A stretch of 64,000 nt of DNA, taken from the NCBI GenBank assembly GCA_051362555.1, contig CM120641.1, forward strand, positions 10,788,001 through 10,852,000, read 5' to 3'. The position numbers were made by a program, and so were the translations under genes. The notes beneath the pieces are model-generated. The model did not search any database. It had not been told where the DNA came from and saw only the letters and a program-made list of their open reading frames with translations. How positions within the stretch are numbered: position 1 is the stretch's first letter; every line of letters begins with the position of its first letter. Source of the DNA: Lingula anatina. Lineage: Eukaryota > Animalia > Brachiopoda. Below, piece after piece: positions 14,070 to 29,370 of this stretch.

Positions 14070-15122
14070 ATGAAATGCTCTCGTTACATGTGTATGCGTT
14101 TGAGTAACGTTACCTGTCGGCTGACTTACACTGGTGTAGGTTTTAAACGATGGATTGGCGTGCCACGGACGGGGACAGTGTGTAACATCGGCAACAGGAT
14201 TCTTAGTGGCACTTACTTCACTACCCATGTTTCCAGAATGGTATCACAGGTTGCAAACTCTTCAAAGAATGACAAGAATCTTACCTTAAACGTGTGGGAA
14301 GACACTGCAACTCTGTATGTTCATGTAAGAAGGATTCATTGTCTTATTGACAAAAAAAAATATTTTTTTTAATCACAATCTTTGGGAGATAGATCTACGC
14401 TTTTGTGCATCACAATCGTAAGAAACTTAATGGTAGGCTGCTTTTATAGATGAGTAATAAAAATATGAAAGAAAAAATTATTCAATTAAATTTAAGCAAA
14501 ATGAGTGGTGATAACAAAGTGTGTAAATTCAAAATTAAAGCAAATGCTATGAAAATAAGTGTGACAACCTATTTTTACATTGCAGTGGCCATATTGCTCA
14601 AAAAGGTGTACATATTGTAACTTCAATAAATATATCAAGTAAGTATTATAAATGAAAAAATGAATTCATGATTGGAGTTTTCGTGTTTATACACATTGCT
14701 TTCTTTTAAAAATGCAATCTGCATTAAATTCTGAGTCATGCAGAATGCCCTTTGAATATCAATTATTTTCTAAATTCTTAGTCATAGATATTTCAATTAA
14801 CTTTGTTTCCCAAAGGATTTTTATAAAATAGATGTTGATTTTATTTTCTTAGCAATAATGTTGATCACAGAAGAATGGAAAGATGTTTAGAAAAGGAGAT
14901 TCAAAGTTTGACCAAAGTGAGTGGTGTTAAGAAAATAGGTTCTATTTTCTTTGGCGGAGGTAAGTCATGATCAATATATATATATATATATATTGGTCTT
15001 CTTTTTTATTTTGATCTGTTTGCGCCCCTGACAAGGCCTCCGGGCCGAAACATCTGTAGGGACTTATATTAATTAAAATGGAGAGAACAGATTAACTTTG
15101 TTCGTTTTCTTGTCTTTCTATA

Positions 15123-15163
<41 letters not shown>

Positions 15164-18100
15164 CTTTAAAGTGAAAAAGTTGTTGAATTTATATATGGTG
15201 CTTAATTTGATGAACATTTACAGGGGTGGATCCAGAGAGATTTTTTAAGTCTTTCAAACCTTCTTTGTTGATCCGTCCTAGATTTTTGACCATCTTCCAA
15301 CAAAAAAAAATTAGAGGCATGTCAATGTAAACTTGACAATTTCTGACCATCTTTCAGAAGACGGCTTTCATCTGCCCCTAATTTACACATATCATTTGAC
15401 TTTATCAGGAACTCCCAGTCTTGCACAGCCACAGACCCTGCAGAGGGTGGTAGAAACTGCTGCTGCTTGTGCTCTGTTACCAGGAGATGCTGAAGTATCT
15501 CTTGAAGCCAACCCAACTCTTTTAGAGACTAAAAAAATTAGGTGAGAAAATAATTTTTATATACAGTAGATGAGTGACTTTTCACCAGAAAAAGTTATCT
15601 TATTGATACATATATCAAAATGAAATATCAACAGGAAACCTTGGTTTATTTCATGATTTGCATCAAATTTGGTTTACATGAAGCTACTTTTGATAGTTAT
15701 TCTTTTTCAGAGAGATGAAACAAGCTGGAGTCAACAGACTCTCAGTAGGAACACAGGTAGCAATAATTAAACTCTTCTTTAATTTTCAAAGTGGTAGTCA
15801 ATTAATGTACAGCGATGTTGTGAACATTTTCTAACAATAAAAAGATAAGAGAAGAAATTAGAACAATTTTTTAGCATGTGCGTTTTTTTTTGATTGATAA
15901 GTTATCTATTTAATTATTACTGTGCTGTACCTAAAAGTAGTTTAAATATCTGAAATTAGAAGTATTGACAATGCAAATTTATTATTTGATTTTATTCAAA
16001 TTTTGGAAATCTTCATACATCTAGTACATATTCCTTCTTAATTTAGTCCTTTAGTCATAAATTTCTGAAACTGCTGGGAAGAGAACACTCTGGAGAAGAT
16101 GCTGTCAGGTAAAGCCTCATACCTGAATTTATGTTGGCTGCACTGATAATTTGAATTTGTTGGAAACAATATATAGCATTATATCAAGAGGATTACAAAT
16201 TAATAGTAATAAGGATATGAAAATGTTTTTCATATTTATTTGAATATTTGTGTGGTACCTAAAGTGAACCATAGTTTATAATGGAGTGTATATTTGTGTT
16301 GTTTGATTTCTTTTTGGCTCATAGTGAACCAAAGAGAAATTAAATTGATATGCTTCCAGGTGTATTGAAGAGGCAAAGTCGGTGTTTCCTGGGAAAACTT
16401 CTTTAGATCTAATATTTGGCCTTCCTGAACAATCCATCAGTGAATGGGAATCAGACTTGAAACAGGTATAAGAATTTTTTCTTTAACATGAAACACAGTT
16501 ATGAAAGGTTTTCATTAATTAATGTCTTCTTTTCTTCATCAATTTTCATTTTACTTTCAAATGGTTTATCATTGTAAATTCTCATAAACATAACTTGATG
16601 ATCATTGCTCTATGATCTATTTTTAGGCCATAAATGTAGCAGATAACCACATCTCCTTATACCAGTTAACACTTGAGAGAGGCACTGCTTTATTTAAAGA
16701 TATCATGATGGGACATTATGTAAGTAAAATTTGTACTGTTCTGAAAGCTTTTCTTAATTTCATCTCTGTTTATAAGTATTTATTATGGTGATTTTTCTAA
16801 ATTGGCTATTTTATTTTCATTTCCATCATATTCTTACATTAATTTAAGCCCTGGGCTTATGTAATTTTATTTATTATGGAGATTAAATTAAGTTGTTTTT
16901 TTTTGGAAGACTTAGGTCCAGTTTATGACACAGTCAGTATTGTTGTCAAGCACATTGGTCTTATTTAGATATTTTAATGAATTTTTTAGGTAATGCCAGA
17001 TGATGATGTCGTTGCAGAAATGTATGAAATGGCTGTTCAGGTAAAAATTCACTTATTTCTCCAACTCCACTCTTTACACCCTTGTAGTTAAACCTTTTGT
17101 TTGAGACCATTAAATGTTGCCTCTTTGTATTTGCATCTTGAAATGCTATAATTATTTATATTTTAATATCTATATCTATGATATTTTAAAAACTTTCTAT
17201 AGTTTGAAAACATTTTTAAGGTACTTGAAGATGCTGGGTTTGAACGATATGAAGTTTCAAATTTTGCAAGGAAGGTAAATAGTTGACACAGTAACTGATT
17301 TAAAATCTCCTGTAAAATTTATGTTGAACAAAAGCCAGGAGAAATTGCAGAAAAATGATGTAATCAAATTAACCCTTGTCTTATATGTTGTAATATAAAT
17401 TCAATTGAAATATTCATTTAATCTTTAATGATTTGTTGGGAAGAAAAAAACTGCATTTTTATTCTATGTGGCATCTGACTATAATTTGTAAATGAAATAT
17501 GATACACTAAGTAATCACAGATTATCATGCACCTGTTTCATTTTCATAAATAATTATAAGTAATTTTCCATACTTTCACCACTTATTTTTGTCTGTACTG
17601 TTGCTTCTTACCCATAATGTTTCAGAATGCAAGAAGTTCCCATAACCAAGCCTATTGGAGAGGAGACAATTATATTGGTGTTGGGCCTGGTAATTTTTAG
17701 CACTCAGTCCTTAAAATTTATTTTATTTTTAGACAATGAGAGAGGTATTTGAACCAGTTTTGCTTAATGCATAGTGCAACTTTTTAGCTCATTTTCAATG
17801 TACATGATAGTACATGTATCAGTCTGATGAAAGAAGATTATGTGTTACATGCTTGCATTGAGGCCTGTAGACCTATTATAAATTAAAGATCAAGGAGAAG
17901 GCCCTGCCCATGGTAATGTGATAAAATACTCATAATTTGCTGTGCTGTGTTTCAGGGGCACATGGCCGATTTCTTGTCCATACCAAAGAGGGAAGACAGC
18001 GTGAGGCAAGAATTCAAACCCTTGAACCTCAGCCATGGATGACTGAAGTGGAAAAGTATGGAGATGGGACCAGAAAGAGAGTTATCCAAGAGACAAATGA

Positions 18101-19334
18101 TATGTATGTCAGCGCACCTTCTTCTCCCTTTCACCTGACACTTGCTTTACATAGCAACAGCGACTTAAGATACTAACTAGCACTTGTAAGTGCCAGAACC
18201 TACCATGTTTATAGAGGGATAAATGAAAATAATTTTCAGAAATGTAGCAGATTTGTTTTGGTGTACAATGTACTGTACGAATGATTTTTTCATTAACCTA
18301 TTTTTTACACTTTCATTATAGACTGGAAGAAATCTTAATGCTGGGATTGAGAACTAAAGAGGGAATATCGAATGTGGTAAGTTACTCTCGTCTTTTAGAC
18401 TCGTATACAGTTTAAGGTATTCCTTACATGTTGAAATTCATGAAATCAGTTTTAGAGAAGGGGCTAACCATGAAAAGTACCAGGGTGGACAGAACCAATC
18501 TTCTGGGTCTTCCAGAAGATGGTCAGATCTTTTAAGTTTACATTGATGGGCATCTCATTTTTTTTTTCTGAAGAAAGTCAGAAATGGAGGATTTATCAAC
18601 AAAGATAATTTGGAAGGCTGTCAGATCTGCCCCTTAGTACATCTTAAAAGAGACCTTTTACATGTATCCTAATAGAACAATAGAATAATTATATATATAA
18701 ATATATATATTATATATAAATAACAATATATAAATAACAATATATTATTTTTTTCTGTCTGCAGCATTGGCAGAAATTTAGCAACTCATCCATTCAAGAT
18801 ATATTTGCTTGTAATGAAGATGTTCAAGATTTTGTGGACTTAGGATTACTCAGGCTTGATGAGGAGAGGTAGCTTAATTATCACATTTGTGCACATGCAA
18901 GCAGTTGTTGACTTTTTCCAATTGAAATTTGATAAAGCTAAATAACTTTAAGAAGTATAATTGGTAGAACTAGAGGAAAAGTGTTAGTATTAAGAAAATT
19001 AATTTATAAAAGGCACAAATTATAATCTAATGTATAATTTTTTAAGTGGCAACAAATGTGTGCATGTTTAAATATCATTGACTTGTATTGATAATTCTGT
19101 TTTGGAACCTCATTCTGTGAAATTTATATTGCTGTAGTTATAAATGATGTATGTGAAATAATTTATTCTCAAAATGATTTGGGCAGCCATTTAAGACAGG
19201 TAAAATTATTCATCTCATTTATTTTCAGCTTGTGCGCCACAAGTAAGGGACTAAATGTCATTGACAGTGTTCTTCGTGTACTGCTTAATTCTCTGCACCA
19301 TAACCTACAAGATCAGGACTTGAAACACACGTGA
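14070..19334 (+). CDS. RSAD1: Radical SAM domain-containing protein 1 (HemW-like heme chaperone), mitochondrial; ~15 exons
   Basis: Exons give a transit-peptide-like N-terminus, TLYVH|[17 protein letters not shown] (CxxxCxxC), SIFFGG|[61 protein letters not shown]...YIGVGPGAHGR and [10 protein letters not shown]; stop at 19332-19334. Confidence 0.93.
14993..15119 (+). mobile_element. Short Penelope-like pLTR remnant with a minimal hammerhead-like motif, inserted in (TA)n in an RSAD1 intron
   Basis: CCC-CTGACAA-GGCC-TCCG-GGCC-GAAA-CATCTG-TA-GGG (15025-15061), with (TA)n tracts on both sides. Confidence 0.55.
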
Positions 19335-20232
19335 CAACCAAACCTGACATTATAACCAACATTATATATATATATATATATATATAATATTGATATCAAG
19401 AAAAATGTATCAATCATTTAATAGCAAACCAATGTTGAGGTGTCATCCCGACTGTCAGTCAATGAATGTAAGTTCCTGCAGCATGAAGAAAATTTAGAAT
19501 TCAGAATTTGACTGATACATATTCCTGCATCTTATTTTACTGGATGGCTACAAACATTCAGTCAAAGTGCTCATATATTGTGGCGAAAGCTCTCAGAAAA
19601 TATGAAGCAACATTTCCCATATGATGAACAATTAGAGATTTTCCCCATGCTTCTGGTTTAACAAATGTAACAACCACAATCAAGCATTTTTTATAAAACT
19701 ATGTTAAATTTAAATATTATAACCCATATAAGCCAAAGCATGGATATACATGTGTTTAGTTATAATGCAGCAGAGGTTCAACTTCATCAAATCCATAGTA
19801 GCATTCTAACTCCGTTGTTCTGAGTCTTATGTCCTCTTGACTTTTCCTATTCTGGTATATGGTATGAAATATTATGATTAAGAAGATATAAGACAGTTTA
19901 TTAATAAACATATTTTTATTGTGCTATTTTGTCAGTACATAAATAAAAATGAAATTTAAAATAAACTTAAAACATTTTATTTCTAAAACTATCAACAATA
20001 ATAATAATATAAATTAATTAGTCTAATATATAATGAACCATTTTGGATTGGATCTTTGGAATTGTAGAAAGCAAAGCAATCAAAATCTTAACATATCATT
20101 CTGTCATTTCACTTTGTTAAATTCCTACTATCTACATTTTTAAAAGGTGTCAGTTGTTGGGCTATTTAGTGTGGGATTAAAATTTTTAATATGTTTACAT
20201 TTGCATCTTAAATAGCTGGAACTGTTATCCTT

Positions 20233-22366
20233 AACAAGGCAGCAAAGCTGTCAAATGTACAGACAAAAAACAGGAAATAACTATGCACAAAATAGGCTAC
20301 TGTCAATTCTGATGCAAAAATACATTATGTTAAACTGCAAATTCAACATCAAATTTTAATTATCCTCAACAATTAATACCAATGTAATTAAAATATGTGA
20401 CAAGTTTACATTTTGAAAATGTATAACTTCCAGAAAAAGAAGTTCCTTAGACTGCTTTTCCAACTCAGACTGCATTTTAGTCCTGTATTTCTTTTTTGAA
20501 AGTTTGGCAATCATAAGTAACATGGTTTTCCCATAATGGTCATCATGGCAGCAGCACCCAAAATTGTGTTTTCTTCTATTTTGATGCCATATTACATAAT
20601 GGTTAACAGAATAATGACCGTCAATTTTTAATAATAAAATATACGTATCATGGATTTTCAGAAAATGTGACTAGCATGGGTCTTCAAGCCCGTGGAACTT
20701 CAAAGTCACACCTTGAAAATGCCAATATGTGAAAAATTAAATTTTCACAAAATAACTGTTTAACTGGCAGCAAGAATTACCAAACAGACTGTATTTCCTA
20801 CTGAAGCTGTATTTTAGTCCCATGTTACTTTCCTGTAAGTTTGAGAACAGTAAATGACATGGTTTTTCTTAAATGGTCATCATGGGAGCAGTGCCCAAAA
20901 TAGTTTTTTTTTTTCAAATTTTGATGCAATATTACATAATGTTTAACAGCATAATGACCATCAACTTTAATAATAAAATATTAATATTATGGATATTCAG
21001 AAAATGTGACTAGCAAAGGTCTTCAGGCCCATGGAACTTCAAAGTCACACCTTAAAAATGCCAAAATGTAAACAAGACTGCACTGTTCTGAAATGGGTTT
21101 ATTTCCATTTTTAACCATTTTTAACATAAAACAAAATTAACAGTTTTCTGCCGTTTTTATATGATAAACTAAGAAAATTGATGAGATGGGAAAAATATCA
21201 ACAGAGCAGTGTTAAATGTCCAATCTCTTCCATTCTGAGATTCTGAACATAGTGAATGATTGAATCTGACAAACTGCAATGATATGAGTTTATTTCCATT
21301 TTTGAAACTTTATTACACAATACACGATAACAAGTTTACCATCATTTTTACATAATCAACTAATAATGTTGTAAAATTGCAGGAAATGCCAAACAAACAC
21401 TTTTACGTATCTTATTAGTTCAATAATGAAACTGTTTACAAACCTAAGAATTAAATCTGAGGAAATGTGAGAAAACTGCATTTCTTTAAAATAATGGCCC
21501 GATTATGCTGATTTTTGAACTCAACCTGCGTTTTAGCAGGAATGACCACTCCTGTGAGTTTAATGACAATTGGCCTATCTGTTTTTTCTTATATTGTGTT
21601 TACAGTGTTGCATTTATGCTGAAAAGTGAAAAAAAAAAGCATAACTACTAAAATAGTGGCCCGATCATGCCGATTTTCGAACTCAACCTGCGTTTTAGTA
21701 AACACGATAAGTGGAGGGCAGTTTTACTTTTTGGCATAATATTTACAGAGCTGATGAATATTCATAAAACGCAGGTCAAGTTCGAAAATCAGCATGATCG
21801 GGCCATTATTGTATAAGTTATGCTGTTTTTTCACTTTTCAGCAAATATGCAACCCTGTAAACATTTTGTGCATAGTTATTTCCTGTTTTTTGTCTGTACA
21901 TTTGACAGCTTTGCTGCCTTGTCTTATATTGTGTTTACAGTGTTGCATATATGCTGAACAATGAAAAAAACACATAACTACTAAAATAGTGGCCCGATCA
22001 TGCTGATTTTCGAACTTGACCTGCGTTTTAGTAAGATTGATTACTCCTGTGAGTTTCATGACAACAGGCCTAACGGTTTTCCTTAAAATGTGTTTACAAG
22101 GTTGCATATATGCTGAAAAGTGAAAAAACAGCATAACTTCTACAATAATGGCCCGATCATGCTGATTTTCGAACTTGACCTGCGTTTTATGAATATTCAT
22201 CAGCTCTGTAAATATAAAGCCAAAAAGTAAAACTGCCTTCCACTTATCGTGTTTACAAGGAAAGTGCACGGCGACGGCATCGGCATCGGCATCGCCATCG
22301 GCGACGGCGACGACAGACGCAGGTGATGGCAATATGTACAGACACATCTGTGTCTGTACATAAAAA
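20233..22366 (-). mobile_element. Helentron-associated / DINE-1-like non-autonomous element, copy 1
   Basis: Terminal hairpin TATGTACAGACAC-ATCT-GTGTCTGTACATA (22333-22362), (GACGGC/ATCGGC)n microsatellite, ~157-bp core repeats, matching subterminal repeat ATGTACAGACA near 20255 and short stem-loop GGCAGC-AAA-GCTGTC at the other end. Confidence 0.8.
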
Positions 22367-24403
22367 GTGATGAAATTTTTATTTCTGCTTAAAAATAATT
22401 TGTGTGTGAGAACAAAAGGAGGATTTTGGGTTTGGATTTCAAAGTGGTAGCCTGAGTGCACTAGAATGCTGTCAATAATACCGCTTTTGTTTTTCCCAAT
22501 GGAAAAATCAGTAAAATCCCATTTTTAGTTTTTTTTTCCCTTTGGAAAGAAATACATAAGATGGGTATTCAAAGTTTGCACTTATAATTTATGAAACAAA
22601 CAGGTACATTTCTACCATAAAATTAAACATAGGACTGCCCCAATATGAAAATTAATGCTGAGATAATGGCATCACTGTGGACCTTTGTATTTGCAATCAT
22701 CTTCGTCATGGTTACTGATTTTTTCTCTAATACATACTGATATAAAAATGCTCTTTTTTTTCAACAAAATATCAAAGTGCTTATTGCACAACTAACATGT
22801 ATACATAATTGAGGACAAAAATGTAAAATAAAAATGCAATGGATTAATAATACACTATGATAAGAAATGAAAACCAGGCAGGTGCATGTTCATAAATTCT
22901 GAAATTGAAACAAAATTAAATGCTGCTGTATAATACTGATTAAAAAATAAAAAAAAATAAAAAGCAATAAATTACACTTGCATCAATAGTACTGTTTTCA
23001 AATTGAATCTTTCAATATGCTATCATATACCTATTGCAGGTCTTAAAGGTAATTTATTTAACTGCAAACAATTTACTAATATTACAACATGCTAAAAAAA
23101 TCTCCTCCCATCTATTTCCACTTTGGTATGCAGAACTGATAAAAGCACCTGACCAAAGCCGTTTTTGCTATAGCAAATAAAATTTGATACACACCAAAAC
23201 ACAAGCTAGGCTTTCCCCCCTTTGTTTTGGCCTTAGATGGTACAAGGTGGTGCTATGCCCTCTTTAGGCCAGTGGCTCAGCTCATAGTATTCAATATCTA
23301 CTGCACTTAGCAATAAAATCTTGGTCAAGAGAGGATTATATTTATCCTTGCATGAGGGGCAATTTTGGGAAGTTTGGATGTTATATATATCCACATTTTA
23401 ATTCATTTTGGTATTCTAGTTGAAATAACTGTACCTCAAATGGGTTTTCTTCCAATAGTGCTTCCTTTATAGTTACTACACATACCTTTATAACTTTTTA
23501 AGAGAATGCATATTCAACCTTACCAAGATTGTCCCTTGACTGTCCTCATTTATTGTCTACTCTCATTTCAACCCAAATTGGGCTTCTTTGGGAAATTCTT
23601 TTTAGAAATCTGCAGGGGTAACATTTTTCTATCATTTCTATACAATGAGATAAGCTGTTCTTTATATAGTTAATTGAGAAATAAATAAACTTTATTAATA
23701 TACAAATGCAACGTAACATTCATTGTGTGATGGTTAGCAATGTTAAAATCACTCCAACTATAACTATCTATGATCAGGAAATCATTTAATTATAATTCAA
23801 AAACGTATTATGGTAATCAATTTTTTGTTACCTTGGGAACACATACTAGTAAGTCATCTCAATATACTTCACGAGTCTTTTATAAATTCAGAAATCAATT
23901 GTTAAAAATCATAAACATGATACAAATATGAGTTAAATAACATGGCAGTCTGACTGAAATGTCCCACACATTTTTAAATAAAGTCTTACATCCTAATGAA
24001 TGAGTTTTATTTAGAAGGAAAAGAACATGCCATCCAAGTTATTATTACTTGACTGTATAACTTTTTTCAAAGTTGTTTTAATGCAGTCAAATTGTGTCGC
24101 ATTTTACAAAATGACTTGAGTGGCACCTCTGGAAAGTTAAATTTATTTGAGGGAGCTAATCATTCATGAGGTCTAAAAAAGGTATTTGCTTGTGATATGT
24201 GCAGTCATATTAAAAAACACAGAACACCATGCCAACTTTGTTAATATTTTTTTGTGAAATAGGGCTCTAGATTTGCAATGTTCTTCTTCATATCAGTACC
24301 AATTCAGAGGTAATGTGAACACCATGTATATTGCACTATATTAGCTGATTTGTTTATCCTACTCCATATTACCACAATGTTAACACTCCACCATGATTCA
24401 TGA

Positions 24404-28152
<3,749 letters not shown>

Positions 28153-28854
28153 TTCAGAGAATAGTTCAATAGATTTATTCAACTTCACCTTTGTAACGAC
28201 GAACGGCCTTCTGCAAGTAAAATCCCTCTTACGTTCAGCTTTTCTCAAAGTTCTGTATAATATTCAAAACATTCGGCACGAAATAGTAGTTTAAAAGTCG
28301 ATATGCCCCAGAAAATGTGACTTCACATACTTCTCATAGTCAGGTGCAGCACTGCTCCCTAATGAATTTAAACGGATGCCACACGATCACAAATGAATAG
28401 AGCATCATCGCAAGGTGAAGGTCAACTTACTACTAAGATGCACAATTAATATGTCGAGATAAACAGAATATTATATATACAGAGGCTCACAATTGTTATT
28501 TTTGAATAAATATGTGAAGAAATAGCAATAAGTATTCATCTGATAAATTTACGAAATTTCCAAAGCAACGACCTTGCTCTCTAGTGAAAAGAGACGGAAC
28601 CGGAAAAAAAAGGAAAGTGCAAGTTAGTATAGTAGCATAATTGGGTTACTAATCGTTACCATTCACCCGGCATCAGGTCTGAAATTTAAATTGGAGGTGA
28701 CATATTCCTTTCACGGCTTTAGGACAGCCGCAACGGGTGAACTAAAACCGTATGAAAACTTACTCCAGGCAGTGCCATGTTGAGATAAGTTGCAAAACTG
28801 TACAACTACTGGTACAGCTAGTACGTAAAGCCGCAGCTATTCCCAAACGGTAAA
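28153..28854. promoter_or_regulatory. Bidirectional promoter region shared by FAM89-like and the HEPN-PGRP gene
   Basis: Divergent start codons ~700 bp apart, CpG-enriched relative to gene bodies, ETS-like ACCGGAAA at ~28599. Confidence 0.5.
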
Positions 28855-29370
28855 ATGGAAAGCTCTGGCACCATAAACCTCGGAAAATATGCAAGGCTTT
28901 GTTTTCTTGTCATTGAACTTGGGACAGAGGCAATGAGGCAGTATTTCAAGAAGATACTGCTTCCATCTGGTACATCTCTACAGCAGTTTCTCTCTAGTAA
29001 CAGAGTCATTTTAGAAGGCATGTTAAGCAAAAGGAAACTTAATAAGACCCAATTTGATTTGTTATTTCCTCCGGGAGGCACAATGCCTGTAACAAGTTTG
29101 AACAATTTTGATATCACACTTTTGTTTAGTTTAATTAGAGACCTGCACCCTAAGACGTCTGATGTTCCTGAGCCCAAATCTGATGTTTGGAACAACCTTC
29201 AGGCAGCCAGATCTTCTCCCAATCTACCAAGACAAATATTGGATCTGATTGAGATTAAATTTTATCGAAACAGTCTTGCACACTCGAAGTCAGTGAATAT
29301 TACAGACTCTGATTATGAAGTTATGTGGCAGTCAATCACAATCAGTGTACTCAACTTGGGTGTAACAACA
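28855..29370 (+). other. DZIP3/hRUL138-like HEPN domain
   Basis: YARLCFLVIELGTEAMRQYF start, QFDLLFPP, FDITLLFSLIR, and IKFYRNSLAH (R138-H143; 29266-29283) followed by ITDSDYEVMWQSI. Confidence 0.85.

Noticed and set aside
21470-22260. Regularly spaced ~30-bp conserved motifs resembling a CRISPR array
   Set aside because: The intervening sequences are also homologous (tandem units), the context is eukaryotic and there are no cas genes.
21838-22461. 207-aa ORF with repeated KTQVKFENQHDRA
   Set aside because: Translation of Helentron-like core repeats and microsatellite; no protein family features.
28552-28561. NF-kB-like site upstream of the HEPN-PGRP gene
   Set aside because: CGAAATTTCC is only a partial match to the kB consensus and is not distinguishable from chance.
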